This document shows, piece after piece, positions 24,627 to 38,446 of a DNA stretch of 64,000 nucleotides (positions are counted from its first letter, which is position 1; each line of letters starts with the position of its first letter). A program made the translations under genes and the position numbers. The DNA is from Octopus sinensis (lineage: Eukaryota): assembly GCF_006345805.1 (NCBI RefSeq), contig NC_043002.1, positions 20,646,001-20,710,000 on the forward strand, read 5' to 3'. Below the pieces are notes generated by a model that was not told the origin of the DNA, made no database searches, and was given only the letters and a program-made list of their open reading frames with translations.

Positions 24627-26381
24627 CTCTAACGTAACGTGCGAACTCACACAGAGATACACACCCACGACAAATGATAATGTTCGACGGGTTGGTCATA
24701 TCAATGTGCAGTCTATGTGAATATCGGCCTTGTAAATAAATATGTTGATGACATCACATGCGAAAATAAATGCAACTGCTTAAGCAGAATTCAGTTCTGC
24801 TACAAAACGATCGTGCTTATGAAGATAAAGCAATCGTGCATATGAAGACAAGCCTAAACTTGTCTGTATTAGTGCGTGTTGGCAAGAAGTGTTAATTAAT
24901 CGGAAGAGGTGACGTAAAAACAGAACGGCAAAACGATCAAATTATGGAGTTGGTTTTAAGTAACGTGTTATTGGATATACTAAAGGAGAATGAAAACTAA
25001 GGTTGAGAGAGTTTTATGTGAACGAAAAATTAGATGGAGACTAGGTGGAAACAAAAAGAAACATCCAACAGAATACTAAAGTAAAACATACCAAACTATA
25101 TTCAGTCATCCCTCGACTATCGCGGGTGTTACGTTCCAAAATCCTCGCGATAGGTGACAATCCGCGAAGTAGAAACAGTATTGTACTGTATAATTTTTAA
25201 AAATTATTTTTATAATTTGTATATATTTATTTTATTATAAATGCAAAACAACACCACTGTTAACGATTCAGCCAGATCGCCGCCTTTACTCTAGGCACAA
25301 GGCCTGAAGTTTTGGGGGAGGGGGAAAGTCGATTAGATTGACCCCAGTACGTAACTGGCACTTAATTTATCGACTACGAAAGGATGAAAGGCGAAGTCGA
25401 CCTCGGTGGAATTTGATCTCAGAACGTAAAGAGAGATATTGCCAAATGTTTTGTATCACCAGGTCAAAGAGGAGGAGAAACTAAATAAAGATTATAATAA
25501 TACTTATAATTATGATAATCTTCATCGCCGCCCACATCAACTACAACATAGTTTGCTACTATGATAATAATAATGATGATAATGATGCCATAGGCACAAA
25601 GTCAGAAACTCGGTGGGGTGGGGTCTACAGTCGGATCAAGTCTACCTTTGTACTTGATTGGTTCTTTATTGACCCCGGAAAAATAAAAAGTAAAGTTGAC
25701 CTCAGTGAGATTTGAACTCAGAACATAAAGAGACAAAAGAAATACAGCAAGTATTTTTTCCCCCTGACACTAACAATCCTACCAATTTACCGCCCTAACG
25801 ACAACAGCCATTACTACCATCACTCATCATTTGCTACTGTAGCTGGAGGTCAATCTGGCACTGTACCAGATGACCGATATTTTTTTTTATCCCCAAATTT
25901 ACTATCCCACACTTAAGTCTTTTTGTTATGTATTTATCATCTTCATCGTGATGTAGCATGGCAGCTGCGGTAGCTGTTGTTGCTGATTGACGTATGCAGA
26001 CATTTATTATGATAAATAGATATACAATACTTACTGTTTACACTGATCGTGTTTTCTGTGTGTTTGAGAGGAGGGAGGCGGACATATTAAAGAACAAACG
26101 ACTCTCAGAAACGTCTAATGTTGGCGAGGGTAAGAATCTTGCTTCAAACTTGACAGGGCCCATAAGATTTTTACTAATTAGCACAGATTATATATGAAAG
26201 TGTTTAAAAGTATTTACTTTTGTCGTTTAGCCACTAGGTCAACTCTACGAACTAACCTATGTCATGTTGTTGTGTGGCTGAAAGACTAGGAGTGACCTGT
26301 AGGTTTTTGCTACCTATCAATTTCACTGGACTCGGAGAGCCTGCAAAAGTCATGGGCACGTTTCGTTCCCCATACCAAAGC

Positions 26382-26415
<34 letters not shown>

Positions 26416-26469
26416 GATCCTTGGTTCCAACCAGTGTAGTTTTTGCGGTAGCACTTTAAAGGTTTCGCA

Positions 26470-27100
26470 GTGTCATTTTAAAGGCTTTGAGTGAAGGCTT
26501 TCAATGCAAGTGTCATATTTTGATTTCACTAAAGTTTTCGCCAGAGGCGATCATAAAAATCCGCTGAAAAAGAGACATGTTGTGATCGAGAGAGAATCGT
26601 TGACACCGGCAAAAGTCTATAGTGGTGTTTCCTAGGGTTCCGCGTTGGACCTTCTCCTTTTATTATTTGCATTAATGACATTGTAAATTTTATGAAACGG
26701 TGAGATAAATATCTTTGCAGATAACTTTAAGCTCAAGAAACTTAAATACGGAATGGGTGGCCGAACAGAACTCCTCTCCGATTTATGCGTTACAGTTCCA
26801 AGAGGAATAACATGGCAAAATATGCGCTCGTCTACTTTGGTAAGAAGAAGGTACTTAACTGAATTATTTTTTTCTATTTAGGGGAGCTTATCGTAGCGTC
26901 CAATAAATTACTGTAACTATCAACTGCAAATCGAAGTGCACACATCAGCAGTGAAATCGATATGGTCAACCCTTGGATCCTTAGAATTTTCCAGTCTTAG
27001 AGAAATCCTGATGCGACCATCTTTCTCTTTTCTATGCTTACTCGGTCTTACCTTGAATACTGCTGCCCACCGTGGCTTCTCTATACGGCACGTGTTCCCT
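26470..27100 (+). mobile_element. Degraded CR1/L2-group LINE reverse-transcriptase fragment
   Basis: Broken frames SGVS*GSALDLLL..IICINDI..INIFADNFKL and MLTRSYLEYCCPPW match the RT motifs SGVPQGSVLGP..INDL..FADD and LVRPHLEYC..VW. Confidence 0.75.
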
Positions 27101-28970
27101 TTATTGTATTAAATGGGTAGAATGTAGCAATGGCCTCAGAACTGGAGAGGTAGATAGAAGAAACACCTATAGAGATGAACAAACAAGAAGTGAGTTTTGA
27201 CTTGATAATGTCATTTAGCTACTTAGAATACCGTAGAAGATTTGAAATGTCTAGTCTCACATTTTTGCTTTCTGTTTTCCTATCGTATTTTGTAATCATC
27301 ATTTGTATCATCACCATCATGTCAGCCATTTGCTTTTTATTCTCACCGTCTTCTTTGGTCTCCTTATCCCTATCTTCTCATACTTTTTATTTCATTCCTT
27401 TCTTTATCTTCTTTAGTCGTTTTCCTTGCTTTCTCCTCCTCATGTCGCCGACTCAGCATTCAACGAAAGTTCAAATTTATTTATTTAACGAACACCAATC
27501 TCAATCGCTTAAAGTGCACCCAGTATTCATGTGGTTTGCTTCTGTCATTGAAGAAGAGTCAAGTGGCAGTCAGGATTCACAGTTGAACTCTTAACTTCCG
27601 GTCAACAGATGAGATAGTGACCTTTCTGGTATTGCTATTTTATTGCCCTACTTACAAGATGTCTATTTGCTGTGTACAAGAAAGTAGGAGGGTGTTTGTT
27701 ATTGATGTAGTATAATTTGTGTGCGATACCTGCCATTGCTTATAATAGTGAACACATAGCCGAAAGGTTAAGAGATATAACGCACAACCAAATTCTTTTG
27801 GCCTCCATCCCACGGCGCGGCTCCTTGGCTAAGTGACTTCTTCAACAGGCAGCGAATTGGCGGAGTCGTCAAAGAGATGGACGAAATATTCCATAACTTT
27901 TGTTCTGAGTTCAGGCCCTGCCGAGGTAAACTTTACATTTTATCCTTCCAGCGTCGATAAATAAAATACTTATATAGGGACACATACACATACAATCACA
28001 CAACGAAATTATAACCCAGTTTTCTCTGCCGGAATTCCAAGTCACCATCAACCTTTCACTGTGTGCATATGTATGCATTATTTAACAAATTTATATTTAT
28101 TTACTAAACCATGATTATTAAATTTATTAAAATATCAAAATTTATATTTCATATATATATATATTCGCAGCACACCCACCCACACACGTAGGAATTTATT
28201 CTACAGCTGTCCTTTGATACTAACATTCTTTAACCAGCGACTAAGTAACCTTAACACCGGCTGTATTAAATACCAAAAGGTAACACTCTTTCTTTCACTC
28301 ACTCCCTTTCTCTCTCTCTCTCTCACACACACACACATTCTATTTAATTTCTTCGTTATAGCCATTTCTTATTCTTTTTTTTTACTTCATCCCTCCACTC
28401 CCTTAACTTTTCTCACTACTTGACTTTTCTCTCCGCTGAAAACTTGTTACCCATTTTTGTGCTTTATTTCCCTCTCTCAACACTTCCCTCATATTCCCTC
28501 TCTCTCTCTCCTCCTCCTCCTTCCCCTCCCTCTCTCTCTTCCACTCGTATATATTGTTTTTCTTTCTCTCGATACGTAGAGATTGAGGTGCATGAGTTAC
28601 AGGGCTAAGAGAAAGTTGGTTGATGTGAGAGGCAGTGTGAAGTATGAGCAAAGGGAAAGAGCTGGTTAAGATGAAAGGTGATGGAAGGAAAGTCTGGCAG
28701 AGTGGTATGACTAAATCAAGCGTTGTGCTTTTCACAGTAAAAATGGCCAAGCTTAAAAAAACAAATTATTTTAACCAAACAAAAGACCAGAAAAAAAGAA
28801 AAGATCCCAGTGGAATTGCCGTCAAAGGTTTAGGCGATCATATTGATCTCAGTACTTATTTCAGTCCGGTAAATATTCCATCGAACCCTATTTGTTGAAC
28901 TGCGCACGTTACCGGTGCAAACCTAAACTGACACATATACCTATCTGTATATACACAAGCTCTCTCTTTC

Positions 28971-29024
<54 letters not shown>

Positions 29025-29102
29025 ATCGTCAGTAAATCATAAATCCGACAAAGAAGCACACTCTAAGTTATAGAGCAATAGAGGATATAGATAAAGATAG
29101 AT

Positions 29103-29317
29103 ATGGCCGGTTTATGGGGTTACCTGGGGTTTCACGTCCATATAGTGCTTAAGCTTTACAACATTTCTTTAGACCCTAAACCCGTTGGCCTAAGGCCACT
29201 CTAGTAAATGACTTGTGTAGAGAGGCCATAGGTCAACGGATTTAGGGTAAGAAGAAACGCTGTAAAGGTAAGCGCTGTGTGTACGTGAAACCCCGGGTAA
29301 CCTCATAAATCGGTCAT
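29103..29317. repeat. Imperfect ~100-bp-arm hairpin (MITE-like or structured RNA)
   Basis: Hand pairing of 29103-29203 with 29218-29317 on the + strand gives 9 G.U pairs, 3 A.C and 6 other mismatches, 1 bulge and a 14-nt loop. Confidence 0.8.
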
Positions 29318-30802
29318 CTCTCTGTCTATCTCTCTCTAAACATATATGTATATATATACACGTGCAACAAAATCTCTCTATAAGAACCCTTATGACGGAT
29401 TCAATGTATGGTATACTATTATCCTTTCTATTATAGGCACAAATCCTGAAATTTTGGGTGAGGAGTCTGGTAGTGCTCAACGGGTACTTATTTCCTCGAC
29501 CCCCCATCCCCCTCAAAAGGATAAAAGGCAAAGTCGACTTTGGCGGAATTTGGACTCAGAATATTAAGATGGGTGACATAGCGTTAAGCATTTTGTCCAC
29601 CGTGCTAACGATTCTGCCAGCTCGCCGCCTTAATATAACTATAAACAACAAGCACATCATAAATCAAGAAAGCAACAACCCGTCAGAGCGGGTGGAAGTA
29701 AGTTCTCCGAATACCAGCTGCGAGAGGCGCTTTATCGTTTTCACATCTGTGCAAAAGAATGTAGCTCTCCAGCAGGACCGAATAGTCACGTCTCTGGTGC
29801 TCGTATTTAAGACAACAACCAAACGATGGCATTACCTGAATTCGAGTTGCAGCCAGTATGTTCCAAATCACAGTTTTGCACCAAGGTAGCTGGAATTTGG
29901 CACTGAAGCCATTCCTCAAGAAAGCCATACGTTAAGAAACTTTTACTGACACTTTTTAAAACAAATAGATTTTGTTTTTGGTTTTATATTTGTAAATATT
30001 TGTTTACGTATTTGTATGAAGCCTTGCTTAGACCATCTCCCGGACGGCTTGGATGCAACAATTCTTCAGAACATATTTTTTTAAAGCAATAGTGATTATA
30101 ATTTATTTCCGGAATCAAATAAAACCAGGCGAGGCTGGTGTAGGTGGAGGAAATGTTTAAGTTTTGTCATAAACTGAGCTACATTGCTGCTCCGCCTATT
30201 AGAAATAACGACCAGATCTTGAAACTTTGCCCTAGCCACCTTACAAAAGGACAAGTTGTATACTTTAGTCCGAGGTTCAGGGTGCCCGAAAAATAAAAAA
30301 AATAAAAGAAATTCGGACCAGTTGGTCATATCTGGAATGTCTTTGATTATAACTATTCCCAATTTGGGGCCTACTTAGGGCTACAATAATAACAACAAAA
30401 AACGTTACTATCTCATCCATCCAACCGTTTTCTCACACTTTTCCATATTTTCTTACACTCTATCCCTTTAATGTCGACGTGTCTAGCTGTGATTCACTAA
30501 TGGTTTTGGTAGCGGAGGGTAGGAAGGACTCTCAACCTTACCCATCTACCCATTTTACTGGTTGTTGTTTTGGGTTTTGGCAATTCTTTCTTCGTTCTTA
30601 AATTTTTTTTTTTCTGTGGAATCTTATTTTGTCGCCTTGGTGTCTGGTTTTATCACCGCTATGTGGTTCGTTCTTGAATGTAAATGCTGCCATCTACCAC
30701 TCATTGAAGACTTCATATTTTTGTTGTTGTTTGTCCTCATTTAAACGATTTGTTGTTTTCCTTGTGCCGAATTTTGGTCAAAATTTAGACATTTTACTTT
30801 AA

Positions 30803-31016
30803 CCCTTTGCCTGTATCACGTGATGCACGGGATGTATTTCCCTAGTATCATGATGCACATTCCTTTTTTTTTTTCAATCACCAGAGTAACTTGGGATTTA
30901 TGAAAGGAAAAATCTATATTACTCAGGACGTACGAAACAATGGCTGACTAAATATCTGAAAATAAATATGGACGTTTTGGACAGATTTATGAAAAATGCA
31001 TATGAAAGGCAAAGGG
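30803..31016. mobile_element. piggyBac-type MITE (214 bp)
   Basis: TTAA|CCCTTTGCCT ... AGGCAAAGGG|TTAA: perfect 10-bp TIR with TTAA target duplication. Confidence 0.8.
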
Positions 31017-31945
31017 TTAAAAGCGTGTGAAGTATCTTACAACATAAGCGCTCTCTTCCTTTGTCTCTCTTTCAGCCGAGTCAAGCGGTAGTCCAAAATG
31101 TCAGAGTCCTCTTTGCATTTTTTATACAAACTATCAATGCAGAAATTATAAGAGAAAAAAAAAAACATTTTGAAACTAGTCTTCAAATGATTGCCAACGT
31201 TGGAGATACAATTCATTCCCAAGGATTTACCAACCATAAATAAATTCTTCCACTTCAGAACGGCTACACAAAGGTTTAACATCAGAAATATTATTCTTGG
31301 ACTCACTTCCCTCTATTTCTTCTCTTGTTTTCTTTTGCTCTTTTCTTCTAACATATAAGGGGTACTAGATACAATTTATAAAAACCTGTCTTGTCTTTCC
31401 TGCTACGTCTAGTGTTTAAAATTATGAAATAAGTAATAAATAACTAAACTGACAAACTTCATTGTATAATTTTGCTAATTAAGACAACCACCAGTTTTCT
31501 CGGATCCTGTGCAATATTTGTTATTTACATAACTTCTGATCATAACAGTTTATAACATTATATACGCATAGAAAATACGACTTCCGGGTGGTTTTATATA
31601 TATATATATATATAATACAAGTAGAAAGATATATTTTTTCAACGCGTAAAATACTGATATAACAGTATATATATATAGGATAATATCCCTTACAGAGCAG
31701 AAAAATCTGTCAGCAACCAGCCATGAGAATCGAACTCACATCCTTTTGATTTCCGGTCAAGTGCTCTACCATATATAGTAGTGACCAATTTTGTATTAGT
31801 ATGCAGATGCTAGTGGATGCTTGCTAGTGACGAAGCTCAAAGAGGAAGAAATACATATTTATCAATGCCATCGCTGCTGCAGAACAGTTTTCGTCTACTA
31901 CTGGTACTGTGTTTTATTAAAACTCTAAGAGAGGTACACAAACGG

Positions 31946-32425
31946 GATGCCGAATGCACTTTTGCCGAAGGACAAGAAGCCGAAGTCAAGAAGCCGAACG
32001 GACAAGAAATCGAAAAGAAAAAAATTAAATATATGATAATCATTTTATTCCTACAATATGACCATTTGACAGGCTAAAATGGTCATTAAACTATGTAGGT
32101 AGGCAGCGAGCTGGCAGACACGTTAGCGCGCAGGGCGAAATGCTTAGCGGTATTTCGTCTGTCGTTACGTTGTGAGTTCAAATTCCGCCGAGGTCGACTT
32201 TGCCTTTCATCCTTTCGGGGTCGATAAATTAAGTACCAGTTACGCACTGGAGTCGATATAATCGACTTAATCCGTTTTTCTGTCCTTGTTTGCTCCCTCT
32301 GTGTTTAGCCCCTTGTGGTCAATAAAGAAATATATGTAGGTAGGAACGTTTTGTTCTTTATTATTGTGTCCGCTGGGCTTCTTGGCTTCGGCTTCTTGTC
32401 CTTCGACGAAAGTGCATTCGGCATC
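31946..32425. mobile_element. MITE with ~60-bp subrepeated terminal inverted repeats, interrupted by a SINE
   Basis: GATGCCGAATGCACTTTTGCCGAAGGACAAGAAGCCGAAGTCAAGAAGCC at 31946 matches the reverse complement of sequence ending at 32425. Internal AAGAAGCCGAA subrepeats. Superfamily undetermined. Confidence 0.7.
32102..32332 (+). mobile_element. Full-length tRNA-derived SINE (family A) with target-site duplication
   Basis: Head GGCAGCGAGCTGGCAG, B-box-like GAGTTCAAATTCC, core CCTTTCATCCTTTCGGGGTCGATAAATTAAGTACCAG. TSD TATGTAGGTA at 32092 and 32333. Confidence 0.85.
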
Positions 32426-33269
32426 TTGTCTGTGCTTTCTCGAGACTAATATCGCAGTTTATCAGGCTTTCAAGGATGTGTATACTTTAAGTACGACACA
32501 CACACAACAGGCTTTTATTTTCCGTCTACCAAATTCACTCACGATGCCATGGTCGGCCCGGGGCTAGAGCAGAAGACATCGAATGTGCCGAGCAGGAGAA
32601 TTGAACTCGAGACCAAATTTCACACCAGACTAAAATAGAGATTAGTAGCGTTTTATTTTAACCTTTCACCTCAAAAGAAATCCATCTCTATCATACACCA
32701 CACTGCTCCTAAACTCTACACCATATTAAGGTCCCATACCACCATTCCATTCATTTCTCTCTCATAAAAGACTTTTGGTGGAGTGGGGTGGGGGTCTTCA
32801 TGCCTAATTAGCATGTCGTTCGTTAATCACCGGTTTTGTCGGGAGATAAGAGAAAAGGTAATTATTTCTGCTTCGCCTACAAAGTTTTTTTTTTGTGTTT
32901 TGTTTTGGTTTAGAATCGCGTCTAACGAACGAGATATTATCGGGAACAGAAGCTAATCAATGATTTTAGATCAGGTCATATGAATTATGTCTGATTTCAA
33001 GAAGAAAAATTATTTTAGCTATTATTGTAGTTGGTGTTATGGTGCAAATGGTGGTGAATGTGGAGGTAGCGGTTGGTGTGGTGTGTCTACACACACACAC
33101 ACACACACACGCATCCTCATATATAAATACACACACATGCATCCGCATATATATACACACACACATCCGCATACACACACACGCATACATACATACATAC
33201 ATACATACATACACACATACATACATACACACATACACACACACACACATATATATATATATATGTATA

Positions 33270-33508
33270 CTGTTGTGTCTGATGAGAGCCATTCTCTTTT
33301 GGTACCTAATAATTTAACACACTGACCGGTAAAATTTCCACTTATTTAAAAAAATTTTTCTAAAATTTTCATTGCGTCTTGCAACCTTTTCAATAGTTTT
33401 CAAAATGAAAATTTTAGAAAAATTAAAAAGAAATAAGTGGAAATTTTACCGGTCAGTGTGTTAAATTATAAGGCACCAGAAGAGAATGACTCTCCCGAGA
33501 CACAACAG
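33270..33508. repeat. Long imperfect palindrome or fold-back element next to (TA)n
   Basis: 33270-33347 pairs with 33431-33508, including the perfect block ATAATTTAACACACTGACCGGTAAAATTTCCACTTATTT. An inner pair aatttttctaaaattttcatt/aatgaaaattttagaaaaatt leaves a ~30 nt loop. Confidence 0.8.
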
Positions 33509-34280
33509 AGTATGCTTCAACACACGAACTCACATAAAGAATCTTGCAAACCAAATCCAAAAATGAAATGTATATATGCGCGCAACACGGATACATACAT
33601 GCTCATTGTGCACGTAATAAACAAAATATTGCTTCTGCGAAACGGAGAGAAGGGAGGGCAGCTGTTGCTCTTTTGAGTGGGTGGGATTTTTTGACGTACA
33701 AGAAGTGTGGGTGTCATATTCAGTTCAGATTCTTTCAATTGCCCAACAGCTTGCATCACAAGTGTTAAAGACACTTGAGTGTCAAATGTCGGTATGAAAG
33801 TAGGAGATGGATTGTATACATAAGTATTTATATTTATTTTTTATTTTATTTTATCTAGTTTCAGCTCACGAGCTGTGGCCATGCTGGGGCATCGCCATTT
33901 ATACAAACAACATTTATACATAATCATATATACTTAAATACATCGACATCCATGTGCCTCATTATTATCTTTCGACATGGTTTAACAACCTGTCCCAACC
34001 ATTCGGGATTCACATTATGGGTTGTACCATCCATCCTTTCGATTGCTGGATGCAAAACATGGCTCGCGAGACATCCGTCTGGAGGATTTTCTTGAGTCAA
34101 ACGTCTCATCCTCGTTGACCAATCCCTCACAAGTTTACCCATTTTAGAGCTCAGAGGACTAGAGCAACGTGAAATGAAGTGTTTTGCTCAAGAACACAAC
34201 GTTCAGCCGGTTTGGGAATAAGGTGCAGCTCTCGCGAACGGAACGCCCTAACCACTTGGGAACGCGCTTTCATATACTCG

Positions 34281-34314
<34 letters not shown>

Positions 34315-34332
34315 TATATGTATATATATATA

Positions 34333-34573
34333 GTGTTGTTATTATGCTAAACTGTCGTATGCCCAAATTTGGCCAAATACGTTTTTATCAATATTTATTT
34401 TTGCTTGCAATAGCCGGTTCTTTTGGTCAAACTATCGTATTGCTTCACATGCCAAGATATTAAAAATTTTCAAAGTGCAGTACAACGGTTTTGCTTTGGA
34501 ATGGTGAAACTATTTTTTCATTTTCTGAAAAAGCAACGTTCTGGACTGCGACGCTTTTGCATAATAGCAACGA
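34333..34573. mobile_element. Possible MITE with imperfect ~23-bp TIRs
   Basis: GTTGTTATTATGCTAAACTGTCG versus the reverse complement GTTGCTATTATGCAAAAGCGTCG, with TA on both flanks. Confidence 0.4.
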
Positions 34574-37346
34574 TACACACACACACAATTATAAATAAGG
34601 GCAAAAGAAAACTTTCTATGCCAATATACTGATAAATAAACTTTAAATCGTCAAACACCACATACAATATACATCACTATAAAAAGACATAGTGGTGTGT
34701 GTGTGTGTGTACGTGTGTGTGCGGATGTTTTCCTGTTAGTGTGAGATAGAAGCGGGATGTAAAAATGTAAAAAAATAACTTCTCTACGTCGCAGTATACG
34801 TTCCACATACGTGCTGTCCAGCCCAAGAATTGAACACATGGCCTAATGATCACGTGCTGAACGCACTAGCCACTAAGCCACACGTACGCACGCACGCACG
34901 CACACACACACACACACACACATGCACGCGCACGCACAATCCTGTTTGGCTACTGCGGTTAGGTAATTAATTGACAAGTTAACATTAAATAATTAAAATA
35001 TCAACGTTGCTCTGTGGACAGGTGTCTGGCCCTCTCCTCCACGCACTGCCGCCCTCACTCGTTCACTTGTCTCTTTGCTTTTACATCTTTCCCAGTCTTT
35101 CATTCTTAGCCTTATTATCCAATGCCTGTAAAACATCAAAACACGTCCTCTATTTTGTTTTTGCCAGAACAACACACACCACGCAAGCGCACAAACACAC
35201 ATATATGTACTTACACATACTTACATATTTATAACGTGCATACATACATACATATAATGGTATATATACACAGGCATACGTATATACGTAAACATGCAGA
35301 CACACGTATCAAGTTATAAGTTAGATCTAAGATGGTATGATACACGCATCGCTTGACGGCTGTTATTTTATTGTGCGCAATTGTTAGTTAATATGAAACT
35401 CTTGTGTAACCGACAAAAGCAAATACACATTCACATATATCTGTGTGTGCATATGTGTGTGTATATATATATATCGTATGATTAAGGGATTCACAATTCC
35501 CCTTATTATCTTAATACATTTGGAATGTGGAGAGCGTTTATTTCATTGAAAATATCAAACATTATTTACATAGTTCTTCAGCGATATATCTTTGAAGAAA
35601 TATTTGGAGCTCGTAAGATATTTCAAACGCACGCACACACACACACACACACACACAGTCAGTCCGCTTGAGAGCGCTATAAGTAACAACACGCAACCCA
35701 ATGCAATCTGTTGCATGTGCAGGTCACCAGCGACTAAATTGGCAACCCCACTGAGCTTGCTTAGTAAAGAGGGTGATTTGGATACCCTGCAGAATGAAAA
35801 AGAAGATCTGTCAAAAGATGAATGAGCATAAGAGATGTCAATGACCATACAAAAATGTGTACATGGCATATGGCTGTATATTTAGTGACATGTTCTCATT
35901 TCATTCAAATGGAATGTTGAAGAAATAAGTAATATTCATATCCACAGTTTCGAAGCTAGCTGCAACAAGATAGTGAGGACAATTGGCGCAGGTGGAAACA
36001 TGTTGTCATGCTGGGCCAGACACCATGGTACAAGGTAAACATCTGGCACGATGTTATATGGCCTGAACACACACCATTTTAGTTAGGTTGTACTGCAAGA
36101 CAAGAGATCTCTTCAGCCGTTATGAGAAACATCTGCATTCTTGTACAATCTCAATGGTCTTGACTTATCTTGTCACTGAGTATAAATGTCTGAGAACGAG
36201 AGAGCGATCCTGAATCGCGCGTAGCCTTCTCTCACTTGTATTCGTCAAGCACTTGTATCTTGCGAGTAAGATGCGTTGATAGGCCTCCAACTAAGGGCCA
36301 GATAGTCTTGTGGTAGTTGGGATATTCCGCACATCAGCAACAATGAAATATCATTCTTTCTGTAGTTTCGGCTGGAATGTGTACTAAAGGTGGGTGCTGC
36401 CACCGTTTCTTTGTATTCCAACGTAATTACAACCTTTGTTGAAATCCTGTGTCATAATTTTCATTGATTTCTGATGGCTGAAACTTCTTGGAGCCAGAGA
36501 CAGCTACCACTGCTCTACCACCACAAACCTACTATCAGCATCAACAACTATTACTACTACTTCCTCAGAACGTCCCACAATCACCCTATTCTGCAAACTA
36601 AATAAGAGAGCCTCAACAAGGTTGTCCAGTTAACTAAAAATAGCAGCTAGAGCTGCTTCAAATCACACCATGCTGTCTAAAATAAGGAAAAGACTCAGTA
36701 ATTCCCAGTGCGAGGCATACTGTTTTAGCCCTGGGAAAATTGTGGTAGGGCATGGGATCCTAACTTTTTCCTTCTTTTTTTTTTTAGTGGGACATGGAAC
36801 TGTGAAAATCTCTTTCTCACAGCAAAGATACTACACCTATCTTCAGCCTAGCCAAACCAATCCCTCGAGTCAAGCATACTGAGTGAAGACTGTTTGCTAT
36901 TGTGCAACGCTATTCTAATGTCATAGTGTAGACATTTAAGGAAAGTATATAATTAAGAAATATCTAAAATAAAGTTGTTTTTTTTTAACCACTAGTAGAG
37001 CATACATTTTTCTGGAATGTTATAGTAGGGCCTAGGAGAAAATAGGTTGGGAAATACTGCTTTTAGATATGGTAGTTCCACGCATACTTCTAATCAAACG
37101 GGATAGTTATAGCTGGAATACTCTTGAGCACTCTGCTCAGTTAGGACAGACCAGGAGTCAAATAAGAACCACTTTTATTCAACCACAGCGACCGCCAGTA
37201 GCACCACTACCACATTACAACCGCTGTCACTATCCTAACACCACCACTCCCTGTGTCAACTATAGACAACAAACAGATTGTAACGAAAAACTAAAACAGA
37301 ATCCGTCTGCATAATAAAAGTATTTTCCACGTGTAAAATAAAACAG

Positions 37347-37386
<40 letters not shown>

Positions 37387-38276
37387 TATATATTATATAT
37401 ATATATCGTGAAAATAGAAAAAAGCACAAAGGTGTAAGAAAAGGGACAGACACACAATAATAACAAGCATAACAAATAAATAAAAGAGTGACATAAGGGT
37501 TGGGGTGGGAGTAACGATAGGAGATCGGGTGGAAGAATGAAATAATAGAAGTGTCACATCTCTCACCGAATACTTCTTTTCAAAAACAATTGCATACCTT
37601 GGGCTTGTAAGCTCTTATTGGTGTCATTATTGTTGTTGTTGTTATTGTTATTATTGTTCAAAATTTCGCGTCTTTCTGTCGCAATAAGTTCCATCACTAT
37701 CGTCACCACCCTCATCATTATTTATATCAGGTACCTGGCGATATCTGGTTACCGACCCACATACATTACGCAACCCACGTCACCTATTCAGTTATGTGTT
37801 ACACACACACACATATACACAAACTCGCATACAAATACACATCTGTGTTAGGGCATATATTTTCTATCCCATATCCAGGCCTTACAAGGTCTTCCTTCAT
37901 ACTGCTTCTTGTCTCACTGATTAGTGCAGCATGGTAAGAGATGTGCTCACAATGGTGAATTGCTGATTCAAACTTCCTAACACCCAATATTCAAACACAC
38001 TTCTCCCGAAGAAAGGAAATGTTTCCTTTACAAAAATGGTGAGCGTTAAAGTACTGCCGCTAGCGATGATGATGAAGATGATGTTGATGGCGAGTGGTAG
38101 TGGTGGTGGAAATGATAATGATAGTAGTGATGCTGATGGAAGTGATGATGTCATCAGCTCGCAGCGAAACATTATCGACCATGGATAGACAAGCTAACAA
38201 TGGCGTTTCTCAACCTTTTTACCCTTGCGTAACCCTTAAAATAAATTACATGTCTCAGGAAACTTCTACATATATA

Positions 38277-38316
<40 letters not shown>

Positions 38317-38398
38317 GTAGTATCCGGGTTGATCCGGGGTTACCACAGTAAGTAAGGTACTCAATACATAGCAGAGTAAAATTCTTTATTAATAGAGG

Positions 38399-38446
38399 AG
38401 CTTCTACAGACTAGTACTGTTTCATTCAAGAGAAATTCAGGAAGCT
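38399..38446 (-). ncRNA. Degenerate hammerhead motif (mirror of 40126-40176, core missing GA)
   Basis: Reverse complement reads agcttc CTGAA tttctcttgaat GAAAC agtactagtct GTA gaagct. Confidence 0.5.

Noticed and set aside
31700-31790. tRNA-like sequence on the minus strand
   Set aside because: The acceptor and D stems do not pair; it is a decayed tRNA-derived SINE head. The same applies to the other SINE heads in the window.
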